Part shown: positions 13,807 through 29,807 of the stretch, in pieces | Layout: every line of letters starts with the position of its first letter | How positions within the stretch are numbered: the stretch's first letter is position 1 | Origin: Octopus vulgaris | Lineage: Eukaryota | NCBI GenBank assembly: GCA_951406725.2 | Contig: OX597826.1 | Span: 7,254,001 to 7,318,000 of the forward strand | Direction of reading: 5' to 3' | Length of the DNA: 64,000 nt | The notes under the pieces: generated by a model | Databases searched by the model: none | Told to the model about the DNA's origin: nothing | Seen by the model: only the letters and a program-made list of their open reading frames with translations | Translations under genes and position numbers: made by a program

Positions 13807-14130
13807 AAGGAGGCTTAAAGAGGTTTTTATATGTACATGAGTTTTGAAACAAACGAGTTAAAAGTATTAGATAAATTCGTGGAAGTAAATTTGTACGTGT
13901 GCATCTTTATTCAGCATTTTTCGGTTTGTTTTGTTTGTTTACTATGTAAGATAAGCAGAGAACAAAAAACCTTGAATTTGTATGTAAATGTATTCAAAGG
14001 TATTGACAATCATTATATAATACACACATACACACATACATACATACATACATACATTTATACATATACATAAACACACACATATACATTATATACATTA
14101 TATATATTATATATAGGTATATATGATATG

Positions 14131-14244
<114 letters not shown>

Positions 14245-14632
14245 ACATTATCCACCTCTCTCTGTTTCTTTTTTTCTTTCTTTCTTTCTTCACACACACA
14301 CACACATATAGTTGTGCGAGTGTGTGTGTATATGAGTGTGTTGATGAATCAGAAACATATGCACGTACACAAACACAATTATTTGATAGCATAAACAATA
14401 ATGGTTTTTGCTTCAGTGACTTTATATTAAGTCCTATTCTCGCTTTACTTTTGTAATTATTGATTGTTTTCTCTCTCTCTTTTTCTATTGTTTCCAATTT
14501 ACGAAAGCCACTGAAGGACGTTTACTGATAATGTGTATCTCACCATTCTTTGGATCAGTAATTGAGAGAACTACAAGCGGAATCAAAAATCTGGTTGCCG
14601 TTTTAGCAAGACATTTTATTATTTATTTATTC

Positions 14633-14649
14633 ATTATTATTATTATTAT

Positions 14650-14695
<46 letters not shown>

Positions 14696-14745
14696 CGTTT
14701 ATTATTATTATTATTATCATTCTATTACTATTATTATTATTATTA

Positions 14746-14789
<44 letters not shown>

Positions 14790-14823
14790 CGTTTATTATT
14801 ATTATTATTATCATTACTATTAC

Positions 14824-14883
<60 letters not shown>

Positions 14884-14934
14884 CGTTTATTATTATTATT
14901 ATTATCATTACTATTACTATTATTATTATTATTA

Positions 14935-15027
<93 letters not shown>

Positions 15028-15037
15028 GTTATTATTA
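14633..15037. repeat. (ATT)n array with three copies of a higher-order interruption block
   Basis: atcgtttattattattattattatcatt(a)ctattact recurs at about 14693, 14788 and 14882. Confidence 0.9.
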
Positions 15038-17191
15038 TCGCTTGTTTTTGGCCCTTTAGGAACTTGTATCACAAAAATGGTAATCTCTCGCGTTTCACTT
15101 GACATAGTTTGCTTCCTTCAAATGTATAACAAATGCATCTCTCTTGCGTCATATTGGTCCCAAGTGTGTTTGGCTCTTACTTTAGGAAACAATAGCTTAA
15201 GTATAAAGATATGGAGTGAGACGATTGGGCGCAGTTCTCTGGACGCTAAAGATGTGGTAATTGCTGACTGGAAATCCAAACTTCTTTTGGTAGCAGTATT
15301 TTTTTTGTGTGTTGCAGTTAAAAACACAAGTGTGGGTGCAGAAATATTTTCATATAAATACAGAGAGGGAGAGGTGAGAGAGAAATACAATCATAACTAC
15401 GAGGTCACACATATAAGCAGAGCGAGAAAGGGAAGAAGAGAGAGGTGATGGAGAAAGAATTCAATTTATTAATTCAACACGATTAACATAAACACTTTAC
15501 AACACAGCATAAACATAAAGGGAAAATATGCCCACTAACATAGTAATAGATAGATTGATAGAGAGAGAGACAGACAGACAGACAGATAGACAGAGACGGA
15601 AAAAGAAAGAGAAAGAAAAAGAGAAAAATAGGAAGAGAAAGAGGGAAAGATAGAAAAAAGAGCGAGTGAAAGAGGGAAAGTGAGCGGGAGAGATGGGCAG
15701 ACAGACAGAGAGAGAAGGAGAGATACAAAGTTACAAAGAGAGAGACAATGAGAGAGAAATAGAGAGTGACAGCGAGGGAGAGACATAGACATATACATAG
15801 ACAGAAAGAGAAAGAGAGAATAAAAGGGAGAAAGAGGGAGAGAGGGAAGGATCGAGAGAGAGAGAGAGAACGAAAGAAATTTTAAAACGTGATGTCAAAT
15901 TAGGCAGCGTCGAATCAGCAGCACCAAAAAAAAAATACCACAACGGCTGTGGTAAAATGTATAATGCCCTTAGCGATACACTATACCTAATCTAACGTTA
16001 AAAAGTGATTATAATAACGGTTTCCGAGGGACTGCAGCTGGTTGATGTTCGATAATGGCTGTCGCATTTTTAAAATAATCTCAGTTGGTATTAAAAATAA
16101 TATATTTAAGACTGTGACCTGATGGAATCGTTAGTGCGTCGCATAAAATGCTTAGCGGCATTTCTTCTGGTTCATATGTTCTAAGTTGAAATTCCGCTGA
16201 GAGGGACTTTGCCGTTCATAAAACGGGATCGATAAAATGAAGTACCAATGAAGCACTGAGGTCGATGAAATCGATTAACCACCCCACTAAACTAGTTGTC
16301 GTGGTGACAACATTTCAAATCTTTATATTTGTTATATTTATATAAAGAATTATACTCTTACAGAAGTGATAACAGATTAGGTAAAATTCTCAAAATGTTT
16401 TCGAATCTGCTTTTAAGTTCATTTTACGTTCATTTCCAGCTTGGGTCAACTTCACCGTTTCTTACTCTAAGGTACGCCATAGATGTAAATTGTTACCTTG
16501 AACTAGTGTCCATTTAATTAAATCGTTCTTTTTTTCTCTTGTTATGCCCGGCTTCCTGTCACTGTAAGAAATCAATATTCACGATTCGACTTTTTGCCAA
16601 TCAGATTTTAATGTTTCGAGGCAATAATTTCTATTCATTTACATTGATAATGTTACTGGAGAAATCCGTATGCCACATAATTTTTCCTATTCTCTATTTC
16701 AATCATTATGTAAAGGTGCGTGGTTAGAGGGGTGGTATGGCTTAATATATGAAATGTGAAAGAACTGATTCCGATTCCGAGATACTGTTTCCATAATTCC
16801 ATCCTGACACTTCGTTGACTGACTTTATAAATGTGAATGGAATTACCATGGACGAACTGCATTCCATATATTCTCCTTGAACATCGTAAGCTCTTTCCGT
16901 CAATTTTAAGCCTAGATAATCTTAAAAATCTCTAAATTAAAAGTAATGTGGTCTTGTATAATTTGTCAGTAGGGTAGGTATATTAGTCAAAGCATCCACT
17001 ATTATAGATCCATTTCAGTCGAGCTTACGAATCGGCTTCGCACAAGGAACTAAATAACATATCCATACCTGTCATCTCAGAAGAGCGCGCAATATTAATT
17101 AACCGTTATGTAATACACGTTTAGTTAATACCCGCTGCGAAACCGATTCATAATATTGGTTGAAATGCATACATAATGTTGTACATAAATG

Positions 17192-17259
<68 letters not shown>

Positions 17260-17262
<3 letters not shown>

Positions 17263-17450
17263 GAAGTAAACACATAAATGTCAAACAAGGAGGAAAAAAG
17301 AGTACTCAAATATCAGAGGTAGAGTAATATGCTTTATTTAAAAGCAGTAGAAATTTAACAAAAGCTGTTACTCGGAGCTTCACGTTCCCGAAAAACGGGA
17401 ACGTGAAACTCCGAGTAAATTTTGTTAAATTTCTGATGCTTTTAAATAAA

Positions 17451-17451
<1 letters not shown>
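17260..17451. mobile_element. Penelope-like fold-back, ~120-bp palindrome at 17332-17451
   Basis: The arms meet at cccg-aaaaa-cggg and match the degenerate hammerhead copy at 54752-54793. (TA)n flanks. Confidence 0.6.
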
Positions 17452-17511
<60 letters not shown>

Positions 17512-20500
17512 ATTGAAAGAGTTTCTAATAGTTTCATGCTTTTATGGTATTTGATCAGACATATATAATGCATAAACAGAGCCTGAAATATAGCTTTACT
17601 ATATATAGCATATTTTATACCCGTTCAAGTATCATAAAAGCATGAAATTATTTGTAGCTCCTTCGGTTGCGTATTTACATTGACATATGCGTGTCTGTGT
17701 GCATGTGTGCCTGTGTGTCCCCGTAACATAGCGGTAAGTCCTAAGCGACTCATAGAAAGTTATGTAACTTGATTCAGTAACATAAATATTGGTGTCAATT
17801 TCTTCGAATAAACAAGTGATGGTGCTGCCCCAGCATGGCAACACTCCAGTGACTGATAGAAGTTAAAAAGAAGAAGAAGAAGAAAAGAAACACTAGTTAG
17901 ATGAGTATCGGGAAAAAATATTTTAGTCTTTATCTAAATAAATAATGTTTTTTCTGTGTGTCGTTAATTAATTCTAAGCTTCAGGAAAATTACAAACAAA
18001 AATTTGTCCATAATATCTTAGCATTTATGGCTTCTTCGGTTCTTGGGAAATGAAAAGGTCAACTTAACATTACCCACGGATTGAATCGATGGATCGATAA
18101 GATGTATAGATTTGATTGATGAGATGGATTAGTTAGACACTATAACTGCGCAATAACAATTTATTATTCGAAATTATCGAATTATCAAATGAAATCTTAG
18201 TGTTGTCGTTGTTGTTGCCGTTGTTGTTGTTGTTGTTATTCTTTCTATTTGTTGTACTCGAGTTAACGTTAGAATTTACGCGGAGAGCAATTAAAAAATC
18301 TAATTAGAAAAATAATATGGAACGTGCAATAGAAAATGGCTGTCGATGACTAATATTATTTTAATAGCTTCATGTTAACATCGATGTAGTGTATTCCAAG
18401 CATGACCATCTTATTTTCCAGAAACTACGATATCCATTGCGTTACTTCTTGTTTTACAAAATAGTATCTGATAAAATATAGAGCTGGTTACTAATTTTAG
18501 CTGGTTCAACGACCGGAATTGGAACCATCTCATAGTTTCATACATATTATTCATAATGCAGTTCCGGCTCCTCCTTTGGCCACACCATTCATAATATTGC
18601 GAAGATTTTCACCCATTTCATACATTAATATTATCTATAAGTAAAAGCGGGGAGCTGGCAGAATCGTGAAGCACGCCGGGCAAAAAACCTTAACGACATT
18701 TCATCTGTCTTTATGTTCTGTATTCAAATTACGCCGAGGTAGATTTGCATTTCATCCTCTCAGTTTGAGCACTTTCATCGATTTATCTCCTTCCCCGAAT
18801 TTGCTGTCCTTGTGCCAAAATTTGAAACCAATGTTTTTTTATTAGTGACGATGAAATTTTTACAAGAATGTTATAAGACCTGACCACACGTGAAATTATG
18901 TTCATTTCAGGAATGTTTTTTGTTGTTGCTGTGCCCAAATACACAAACACCCACAAGTATAACTTCAGACAGTATTTCTGGAAATGGGCATTGTATTAGT
19001 TACATCTTATGAGGAGTGAATATTCGGGTACATGTGATAAACACACTTAATTGTTCAGATATAGGAGTAACAATTTCTGGACGTATTTCTGGACGTATTT
19101 CTATTCATGTTGGAAGCTGTTTGATCCTAGCGTTGTTCCTTGAACGCTAACGTGCAGACTTCACTAATCGGATACTCGGTCAGTCAAACTCATTATTTAC
19201 TTCTGCCAGTTAAGTGGACAGGAAGAACGTGTAGTGAAGTTATCCGCTCCAGGGTTCAACTTGTCTCTCAGATCAGGAATCGACCTCACGTCCTTATGAT
19301 AGCCAGTTTGTTCTAAAGGCTCGGCTACGCGACTTCTCCAAGAGTAAACGTAATAGGCGAATATATGCACACGATCACATATAGTGTAAGGAATTAAACA
19401 TGTACACACTTAAACTGTAATGAAATACACACTTCACACGGGTGCAAATTCATACACATGCGCATACACGCACAATCACATGTATGCACACACACGTATA
19501 TATACACCAACCATTTCGAAAAGCCACAAATACCAGAACGGTCATAAGTAAAAGAATAGAGTTTAGGCAATTTGCTAGAGACTGGCTTGAATTTTGCAAA
19601 AGAAAGAGAAAACTTAAATGAATCTCAGAGATTTAATATCCTTAGGTATATACAAACGATGCCACAGAAATGTTTTGTATTAAACGGAAGATCGTAGGAA
19701 TGGAATAGATGCAGTCAAATGTAAAACATCTTCAGCAAACTCGCATATCAGCTGCCTAAAATGCAACAGTCTGACATGAAAAAGAATACCAGACTGGCAC
19801 ATGGGCCTCTTATATATAAGAACCTTATGGAAAAATTACCCCAAAAGACTGCATATATACACATCTCACCATTGTTTTGAATCAAACAACCGAACAAATT
19901 CATAACATGGATAAAGCTATAGCCACGGACAAAAATTATAGATGTGGTAGTAGCATCAAGAGTAAATAAGGTATTTGGATATACAGCCGTGACCACACAG
20001 TGTAGAGTATTCAGATTTTTAAATCGTGTTCCATCGTGTCCTTAGCCATCATGATGGCTAAAAGGAATTAAAGTAGTAAAGAGCTAAAAGCTTAACAGTT
20101 ATCATTTTACCTTTAATGTAAGTATTGATTTCATTTCATTCAATCACCAAGCGGACAATCGTGTAGGACATTTTTTTTTTAAACGATATAGCTGAACAAT
20201 GGCTGATATAAATACGCAGTCGAAATATATATCTATTCTCAATATAAATTCACAGCACATATTTTTGTAAGGTTAAATGTCTTTTAGGTGTCAACATCCG
20301 TCTTTATTTGAAAGTTTTCATTGATGTCTATATTTTTATTTCTTTTTTTTATGGTTGGAATATCATTGGAATTACTAAGACTACATCGAAAGATCACACA
20401 AGTTGCAAATTGTGGTGAAATTTCTCAAGAAAACGAAATTTCTCCACATACTACAAATAGCTGATGTTGCTTTCAAATTATATTTGCACGGGTTGTTTAT

Positions 20501-20859
20501 ACTCTCTCTCTCTCTCTGAATGATAAGAATTTTTCCACTATAGTAAATTTCTAAAGTTTATATGGATATGCCGATATTCTTAAATCTAGTATGCTTTTAA
20601 CAGAAATGGCTATGGTATATTTTCAAGCCGTCTCAATTATCTGACACAACCGTTAGCTCTCATAACTGATGTGTAATAACATTTTTACAAAACTTTACTT
20701 ATATCAGCGAATTTTACTTCCTACTAAGATAAATGTCGATAAATGTTCGCATTCAAAGATGCAGTAAACTGGCAGAAAGCGTGTACAAGTAGCAGGATCT
20801 ATAGAATCACTTATATACATATATATATGTGTGTGTGTGTGTATGTGTGCGTGTGTGTT

Positions 20860-20914
<55 letters not shown>

Positions 20915-20998
20915 GTGTGTGTAGTCCTGCTCACACAAAATATATGTTATATATGTAATATGTAAGTATATGTCAATGTCTGTACATTTTTATATATC

Positions 20999-21040
<42 letters not shown>

Positions 21041-21721
21041 CATACATACATACATATCATCATCATCTATATATATATATATACATACATACATTCATAC
21101 ATACATACATACATACATACATTCATACATACATTCATATACATACATACATACATACATACATACATACATACATACACACGCTCACAAGTATATACAT
21201 ATGAACATACATTCATACAAAAATATGTATTTGCGAGTGTGTGTGAGAATGTATAAATATATGTATATCTATACATACACACACACACACACACACACAC
21301 GCATGCACAAACACATACACGTATGTTTTTATATACATACAAATATACTCTAAATATCATGTTGTGATTTACACTACAACTCAAGGAATCGCGGCACATT
21401 TTATTCAGTGAGTGACTGTCTTCTAAGTTGTCCATGCCTGGCAACAAGTATTACAATTGTTTCAATAACTCTTGCACCTCTTCAAGAATAAAGTGACTAT
21501 ATCATGTATCTCCTGTGAAGATGACATCTCCATGAAGATGACATAATACAACTATTGCAGTCTAGAACGAACCCTACAATGCAAGCATGGGGATAACAAC
21601 ACAGTAAAGACTGTTGAAACTGAGTTTAGATGGAAATTGAATGTTAGCACGAGAAAAATGAATCAAGTGTTCGTGCACAGTTAAGGATATAAACAATGTA
21701 ACAGACAGCCAGTGCCGTCAC

Positions 21722-22225
21722 ATTCCGCTGAGGTCGACTTTACCTTTCATCCTTTCGGGGTCCATTAAATAAGTATCAGTTACGCACTGGGGTCGATATA
21801 ATCGACTTAATCCGTTTGTCTGTCCTTGTTTGTCCCTTCTGTGTTTAGCCCTTTGTGGGTAGTAAAGAAATAGGTATTTCGCCTGCCGTTACGTTCTGAG
21901 TTCAAATTCCGCCGAGGTCCACTTTATCTTTCATCCTTTCGGGGTCGATTAAATATGTACCAGTTACGCACTGTGGTCGATATAATCAACTTAATCCGTT
22001 TGTCTGTCCTTGTTTGTCCCCTCTGTGTTTAGCCCCTTGTGGGTAGTAAAAAAATAGGTATTTTGCCTGTCGCTATGTTTTGAGTTCAATTTCCGCCGAG
22101 GTCGACTTTGCCTTTCACCCTTTCGGGGTCGATAAATTAAGTACCAGGTAAAGACTGGTATCGATGGTATCGACTATTCCTATACCACCGCCAATTTTGA
22201 GGCCTTGTGCCTATAGGAGAAAATA
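21722..22225 (+). mobile_element. 5'-truncated SINE with a tandemly iterated 184-bp body
   Basis: Units start at 21874 and 22058, preceded by a partial unit. The last unit has the alternative tail. Confidence 0.85.
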
Positions 22226-23010
22226 TTAATAGTTTAGGATATAAAGAAGCATTCTGGCAGAAACGTTACAAAATAAGTATAGCGGCTTTTTTTCCCGTCT
22301 TTTTTCAACTTTGCTCTTATCCGTTCGAGGTCGATAAAGTAAGTATCAGTTAATCGCTAATATGAATGTAATCTATTAGCCGAAATGCATGTAGCCGAAA
22401 TGAAAAAAAATATTTATTTCTAGCACAAGGCGGGAAACTGGCAGAATTGTTTGCACCGAGAAAAAAAAAAGGGAATGGTCCACAGCGAGCCATAGGCTCA
22501 TATATCCAATTTCCCGCATTCTGTGACGTCTTTATTCTCTCCAACTAGACGGAACACCGGGCCGTCGAAGGACCAATCATTTTTTGTCAAATGAATAAAG
22601 CAGAGCAACCTGAATTGAGGTGTTTTGCTCAAGAACATAATACCTCGTCTAGTTCAGGTACCGAACCTACAATCTTATGATTATGGGTGCAACACCCTAA
22701 GCATAAAGCCATCCGCCTCCACAATTGCAGACGAAATTTACCGTTATACATGTCTGCATAATATGCAGTTGTATAAGTACTAGTCAGCGAGATGTGCTAG
22801 ATGAACTTATATCTAGAATTGGGCGTTCATTCAGTAAAGCATCGCTAACTATTTTTAGATTGTGTGTGTGTGTGTATAAGCTTAACGTTCTTTTCCCCCT
22901 GTTTATAAGTTGTTTATAATTTTTACCGTAAAGGTATTTTAATATGCTGCGACTTTTTTGATGAAATTGTTTTCTGTAAAAAAAACTCCATCCTATATTA
23001 GTAGTATATA

Positions 23011-23043
<33 letters not shown>

Positions 23044-23048
<5 letters not shown>

Positions 23049-23210
23049 AAAAAAGCAACAAGAATGGATCAATATTTCGGTACCGAAATACTGATCCATT
23101 CTTGTTGCTTTTTTCTTATTTATAATCACCCCGCATTATCTTATGGTTAACACCATATAGATTTCTGGTGCATCTAAGTTAAGTACCGCATTCATGTGAA
23201 TTCAACAGAA
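23044..23210. mobile_element. Fold-back element: 76-bp near-perfect palindrome (23044-23119) next to (TA)n
   Basis: Centred on tttcggtaccgaaa with one mismatch. Penelope-like origin is inferred. Confidence 0.55.
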
Positions 23211-23446
23211 CTCACTTGCTGTATATACACGAAAAAAGTTTAAAATGCGTATAGTAAATGCACAAACTACAAACAGACACAGAATGGCAAGAGAAAAAAA
23301 ATATGGCAAACGTACAGACGAACGAAAAACGGACACAGAAGGCCGACAGCTCCTTATCATCTATCGGCAATTTCGTGCCCTTCACGATAATATTGCTTTG
23401 CATAAGTATGAATGTAAGTGTGTATATATATGTGTATGTGTGTGTG

Positions 23447-23478
<32 letters not shown>

Positions 23479-24606
23479 CGTGTGTGTGTTTTTGGTGTGT
23501 GTGTGTGGTAGGTGTCATCGATGACGGACCAGTTAGTCTCTCAAGTATTTGAGAGAAACAATACTCTGCAGAGAGAATGGAAATATAAATAATCATACAG
23601 TGTTCAAATCTGATATTGGCCAATATTTGTAGAAGCATAAATAATGCTAATAAATAACATTTATGATATCTGAGGTGGTTGAAATACCTCAATTAAAGGG
23701 ATAGTTTCGAGAGGCTAGACTAATTAAACTACAGCTTCTAAACAAGCGAAACGGTGAAGAATATTAAAGTCGTTGTTTTCGAGGTTAAAAATTCGGTAGA
23801 ATATTATGTGACGAACTATTATCTGATACGAAAGATTGATAAATCTCGAAGCAAGATTCACGTTTAATATATCAGCGATTTCGTTCTTAATGACCATAAC
23901 TAGGCGATTCAACTTCCTGCTTCTTATCGGCGTCATAGACTGTTAGCGGAGATATTTATTATGAAGTCTTTAAAAAGAAATGCTTCAGAAAACCGGATAA
24001 ATTGATTTGCATAAATTAACGCATTCGAACTTGATGGCAAGGATGCGTTAATTTATGCAAATGGGTTTACCCAATTTTCTTCTTAGTGCACTTCTTAAGA
24101 GTGAATTTATAAACAATAACTCTATGGGCGATTAAGGAGACTACTCCGTCCCTTATCACATCACAAATGAATCAATTAAAACTGGGATGAATGCGTCTGT
24201 ATGTGTGTGAATGTATGAGTATGTACGTGCATATGTATATGTGTGTGTACATATAAATATGTATGTATATATATGCATATGTCTGTCTGTATATATATAT
24301 ATATATATACAGAGTCACACAGACAGAGAAGGGATAGGGAAATAAAGGAGAGAGAACTGGAGATTAAGAGACGCATACGTACATACGTACATACGTACAT
24401 ACATACACACATACACACACAAATATTTATACATACATATATAAATACATGGTTGTGTGGTAAGAAGCTTGCTTCTCAACCATATGATTCCGGGTTCAGT
24501 CCCACTGCGTGGCATCTTGAGCAAGTATTTTTCTACTATAGCTTCGGCTCGACCGAAGCCTTGTGAGTGAATTTGGTACACGGAAACTGGAAAAAGCCCG
24601 TCGTAT

Positions 24607-24674
<68 letters not shown>

Positions 24675-26269
24675 ATATGTTTGTGTGTGTGTTTTATGTC
24701 TGTGTTTCTTTCTCCTCCCCACCAATTGACAACCCATGTTGGTGTGTTTACGTCCCCGTAACTAAGCAGTTCGGCAAAAGAGACCGATAGTGCCAGGGCT
24801 TACAAAGAATAAGTCCTGGGGCTGATTTCCTCGACTAAAAACCAAGCAGTACTCCAGCATGGCAGCAGACAAATTACTGAAAGCATAAAATAATAAAAGA
24901 TGTATGCATGCATGTATTTATGTATGATATGTACGGATCACCGATGAATGAATCAAGACTGTAGCCAACACGTTACTAAACTTCCTTTGTAAGATCACCT
25001 TAGCGTATATGAATTCACGGAAGAAGACGACCGATTGGTGAATTAGTTACAACCAGATGAAGTATTAAATTGGTGATAGATTCTCTTAGCCTAAGTGTAT
25101 GAGAGCGTTTTAAGAGAATTTATTATAAATGTAGGACACATCATTGCTAAATTGGTATTTATAGATTAACACGGCAGCCCTTAATCTTCTTACCTCTCTT
25201 TTCCCCCTAATTTCCCGCTTTTTGTCTTCCTCTTTTTTTTTTCACAGAGAAATTCATTCTTTAGGCATTCTGGCCTTAACAAGAATTCCTGCTTGTCACA
25301 TCAAACAAGAACAACTCGCCTGCTTTTAAAGATGTCGAGAATTCTCTTGAGGATACGAGTAAATTGCTACTCTCATCAATAAGTTTCCCTTATTTTATAT
25401 GTCCCTCTCTCTCCATCTCCCCTCTCTCTCTCTCTCTCTCTCTCAGTCTCCCTCTCTCAATGTCTTATTTTATCTGTATCTCACAATACATTCCACACTT
25501 TTCCATAACCATTCTTTTCCTTTACCCTTCTATCCCTATATATGACTCCCGATTTCCCTCTGCACTTTCATATTTCGCTAAATTCTATTCCCTCTCATCT
25601 TCCGCACTTCTTTCGCTGTTTGTTTTGTTCCCTTCTTCCTTTCGTCTTTAATTACTCACAATTTATAATCTCTATAATATACCGTTATAGTCACCCCACC
25701 CCCAGTACTCTTCGTCACTATAGTTAAACAACTTTTATTCAATTCCCCTTTAGACTCTTTTTTCTTCTCTATGTCCTACATTCCGTCTCTTTATTGCTTG
25801 TCTCTTCTATAGCTCTACAACATCCGTTTCCGGAAACTCGATTCATTTCCCTTCGCGCTTCCAACGATTCTCTCATTCTTTTTCTCTCCGTCACCCTCCT
25901 CCTCCTCTCTCTCTCTCTCTCTCCCTCTCTTTCTCTCTCTCTCTCTCACTCACACCAATATCACCCACACAGAAACCCACACAGATACAGATCGTCACAA
26001 ACACATACAAACACTCTCTGGAGTAACATTCGCAGTTCCATGACTTTTCTCATTTTAATATCATTTCCACGTCCCTGTATGTCCTCCAGTGCTTTCGTCT
26101 CCTATTGAAGGCCCATCCAGCATCCAGACATAACATTTCTCAACAGTCACCTTAGCTGCATATCTTCTTTATCAGAATTTGCGTCTCTTAATGCAGAAAA
26201 ATCTATTTCTCCATCTCTTTAGCTTTTGCAAACACTCGTCCGAATGCTGTATGATTCTTTCTACATGCC

Positions 26270-26357
<88 letters not shown>

Positions 26358-26371
26358 TACATACATCTATA

Positions 26372-26498
<127 letters not shown>

Positions 26499-27660
26499 GC
26501 GTGTGTGTGTGTGTGTGTTTCTGTGTGTCTGCTATGTCATAACTTCGATTTCTTAACATGTCTGTAACACTCGCTGTTCCGGACACATATTTATAACTCT
26601 ATCCCTTCATTCTCTTTCTATCTCTTCCCTCACCTCTTTGTCTTTTTAACCTCATTCGTTATTCTTCCTGTGTCATTCTGTATATTAGTTCCTTCCTTTA
26701 CCGTATCCTCTCTTTTATACCACTCACCAGCTAACATGCATTCATACACACACACATACATACATACATACATACATATATACATACATATATATCTCTT
26801 TACTGTCCACAAGGAGCTAAACATAGAGGGGACAAACAAGGACAGACAAAGGGATTAAGTCGATTCCATCGACCCCTGTGCGAAACTGCTACTTTATTTA
26901 TCGACCCCGAAAGGATGAAACGCAAAGTTTGAACTCAGAACGTAACGATAACGAAATACCGCTAAGCATTTCGCCCGGCGCGCTAACGTTTCTGTCACGT
27001 AAGTTGGAGTCCGAAACGGCTGTAAACGCACGCTGTGTATAATATCTGTATGCCTGTATACACATATAAACATATGCGTATGTATGTGTGATTGAGTGTA
27101 TGTCCGTGTGTGTGTATATGCTTGTGCCTAGGTGTATTTGTGTTTGTGTGTGTGTGTGAATGTGTGTTGTCATTACATTTCATTCACAGCTTGACGTCGA
27201 GAGTACACATCGTTTCTACTTCGAATATCTGGACATTATTTTCCATTCCTTAAGATGACAAAAACACGCGCATGTGCACCTGCATGTGCCTACTCGGACC
27301 CTCACATACACCAATAAACACATTTCTATCTATGACTGTTGCTGTTACATGGAGTCTTTCTTTCTCCTTATCTTCATCTTTCCTTCCTTTCACGTTTCTA
27401 AGTCATAACATCCATTTGTACTTTCTCTACAATATTTTTCTTTCTTCCTTTTTTGATTATCTCCCTTCGCTATGTTACTCTTTTTTTTCTCCTATTCAAC
27501 TCTGGCAATATTTCATAACCGCTCTATTTCAATCTGCCTGTCTGTCTATTAGTCCTTTCTACACATGTCTCTGATATTTATATTTAAATTTCATTTTCTG
27601 TGCCTCTATTCTTTTCTGTCTATATCTCTATTTAAACTAACTTCTTGCACTACTTTATTT

Positions 27661-27715
<55 letters not shown>

Positions 27716-27846
27716 GTACGCACTCACAACACGCGTATATATACATACACATAGATATTGACATATTTATATGTGTGGGTGTGCGCGCATAAATAGATGC
27801 ATACGTACACATAGATATGCACACACACACACACACACACACATAC

Positions 27847-27882
<36 letters not shown>

Positions 27883-28339
27883 TTATATATATACACACAC
27901 ACATGTTTACGTTCTTTCTTCATTGAATCTCGAAAAGTCTACAAAAGATTAAAATAAAATGAAAAAAAAAATAAATAATATTCCTATCCTGAAGACATCA
28001 ACTTCTCAAATCAGAACATTTGACAAGGCTCTATGCTTTCTTCTCACCGACCCCCCACTCTCTCTCTCTCTCTCTGTCTCTCTCTCCCTCTCTCTTTCTC
28101 TCCCCCCCTCCCGCTCTCTGTCTTTTCACTCCACACACTTTCATAATAATAAGACAGGAGAAAGACTGGTCGGATCAGTCCTAACATTTTTCAATCCCTT
28201 GATTTCCTTAGAGAAATAATCTCACATACATTGTCTTTAATGCTTATTTTTAGTTTGGAATTCTTCAGATTTGATCCTCACAACATTTTCCCCTCTTCAT
28301 GCATAAATCCATACATCAACATAATCTAACATCCTATCA

Positions 28340-28389
<50 letters not shown>

Positions 28390-28403
28390 GATATTATACA
28401 TAC

Positions 28404-28464
<61 letters not shown>

Positions 28465-28816
28465 ATGTATATATATATGTTGTTGTCTTCCTTCTTGGAA
28501 TATGTTTTCAGTTTTCACTTTTATTCATATTTTATTCATGTTCGTTCTTTTTTTTTTACCTCCTTCTCATATTTTCTTCAATTTTTACCTTCACTACTCA
28601 ATCATCTTTCATTCATTTTTTTTTTTGTTATTTATTTATGTATTTATTTATTTATTTGTAGCCTTTTATAAAGCGTACGCGAAGATTTCAGCCTTATATA
28701 AACAGTCTTTCATTTAGATATTTCAGATATATAAAACGAAACACAAATAATATACATATGCATACGACAAAATCATATACATATACACACACCACACTTA
28801 GACACACACTCATACA

Positions 28817-28865
<49 letters not shown>

Positions 28866-29166
28866 TCGCATACATCGTACATACGCACATATTAAAGCAT
28901 TTATCTCTCTATCTACCTAGCTATCTCCCTCTATCTCATTATATATGTATATATATGTGTGTGTGTGAGTGTTTGTGTGTGTATGTGTGTGTGTGTGTCT
29001 GTGTATGGTATATATGTTCATATTTACAAATATATATATTAGTAAATATGTACATATGTATGACTGCATATATGTATGTAAATTTCCTTGCATTGTATGA
29101 CATTAACCATTACATACACGCGCACACACATACACACAAACACACAACATACACACACACACACAG

Positions 29167-29221
<55 letters not shown>

Positions 29222-29294
29222 TAAAGTGTATAGAAATATACAAGTATATACATGTACATTATATACACATCATATATTATATAACATAATATCA

Positions 29295-29336
<42 letters not shown>

Positions 29337-29514
29337 ATATATATATGGTATAGGCACATGCACTTAGTCAGGCATTTGGTATCGCATATATGTTGTACAT
29401 TTATAAGCAAAATTGTGTGTCCATATGTATGAATTGTACACAAGTTTTGCATTAAATATCTTTATAAACACTCATGCACACATGTATAGATATACACATA
29501 TATTATCTATATCC

Positions 29515-29603
<89 letters not shown>

Positions 29604-29636
29604 TATATACATAAATATATATACATAAATATATAA

Positions 29637-29677
<41 letters not shown>

Positions 29678-29746
29678 CATACATACATATATATACATAT
29701 ATACATATATACATACATACATATATATACATATATATATACATAT

Positions 29747-29807
<61 letters not shown>

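Noticed and set aside
15026-15448. Overlapping 140-aa (+) and 90-aa (-) ORFs, with a possible 87-nt minus-strand exon at 15181-15267
   Set aside because: No recognisable protein and no partner exons found.
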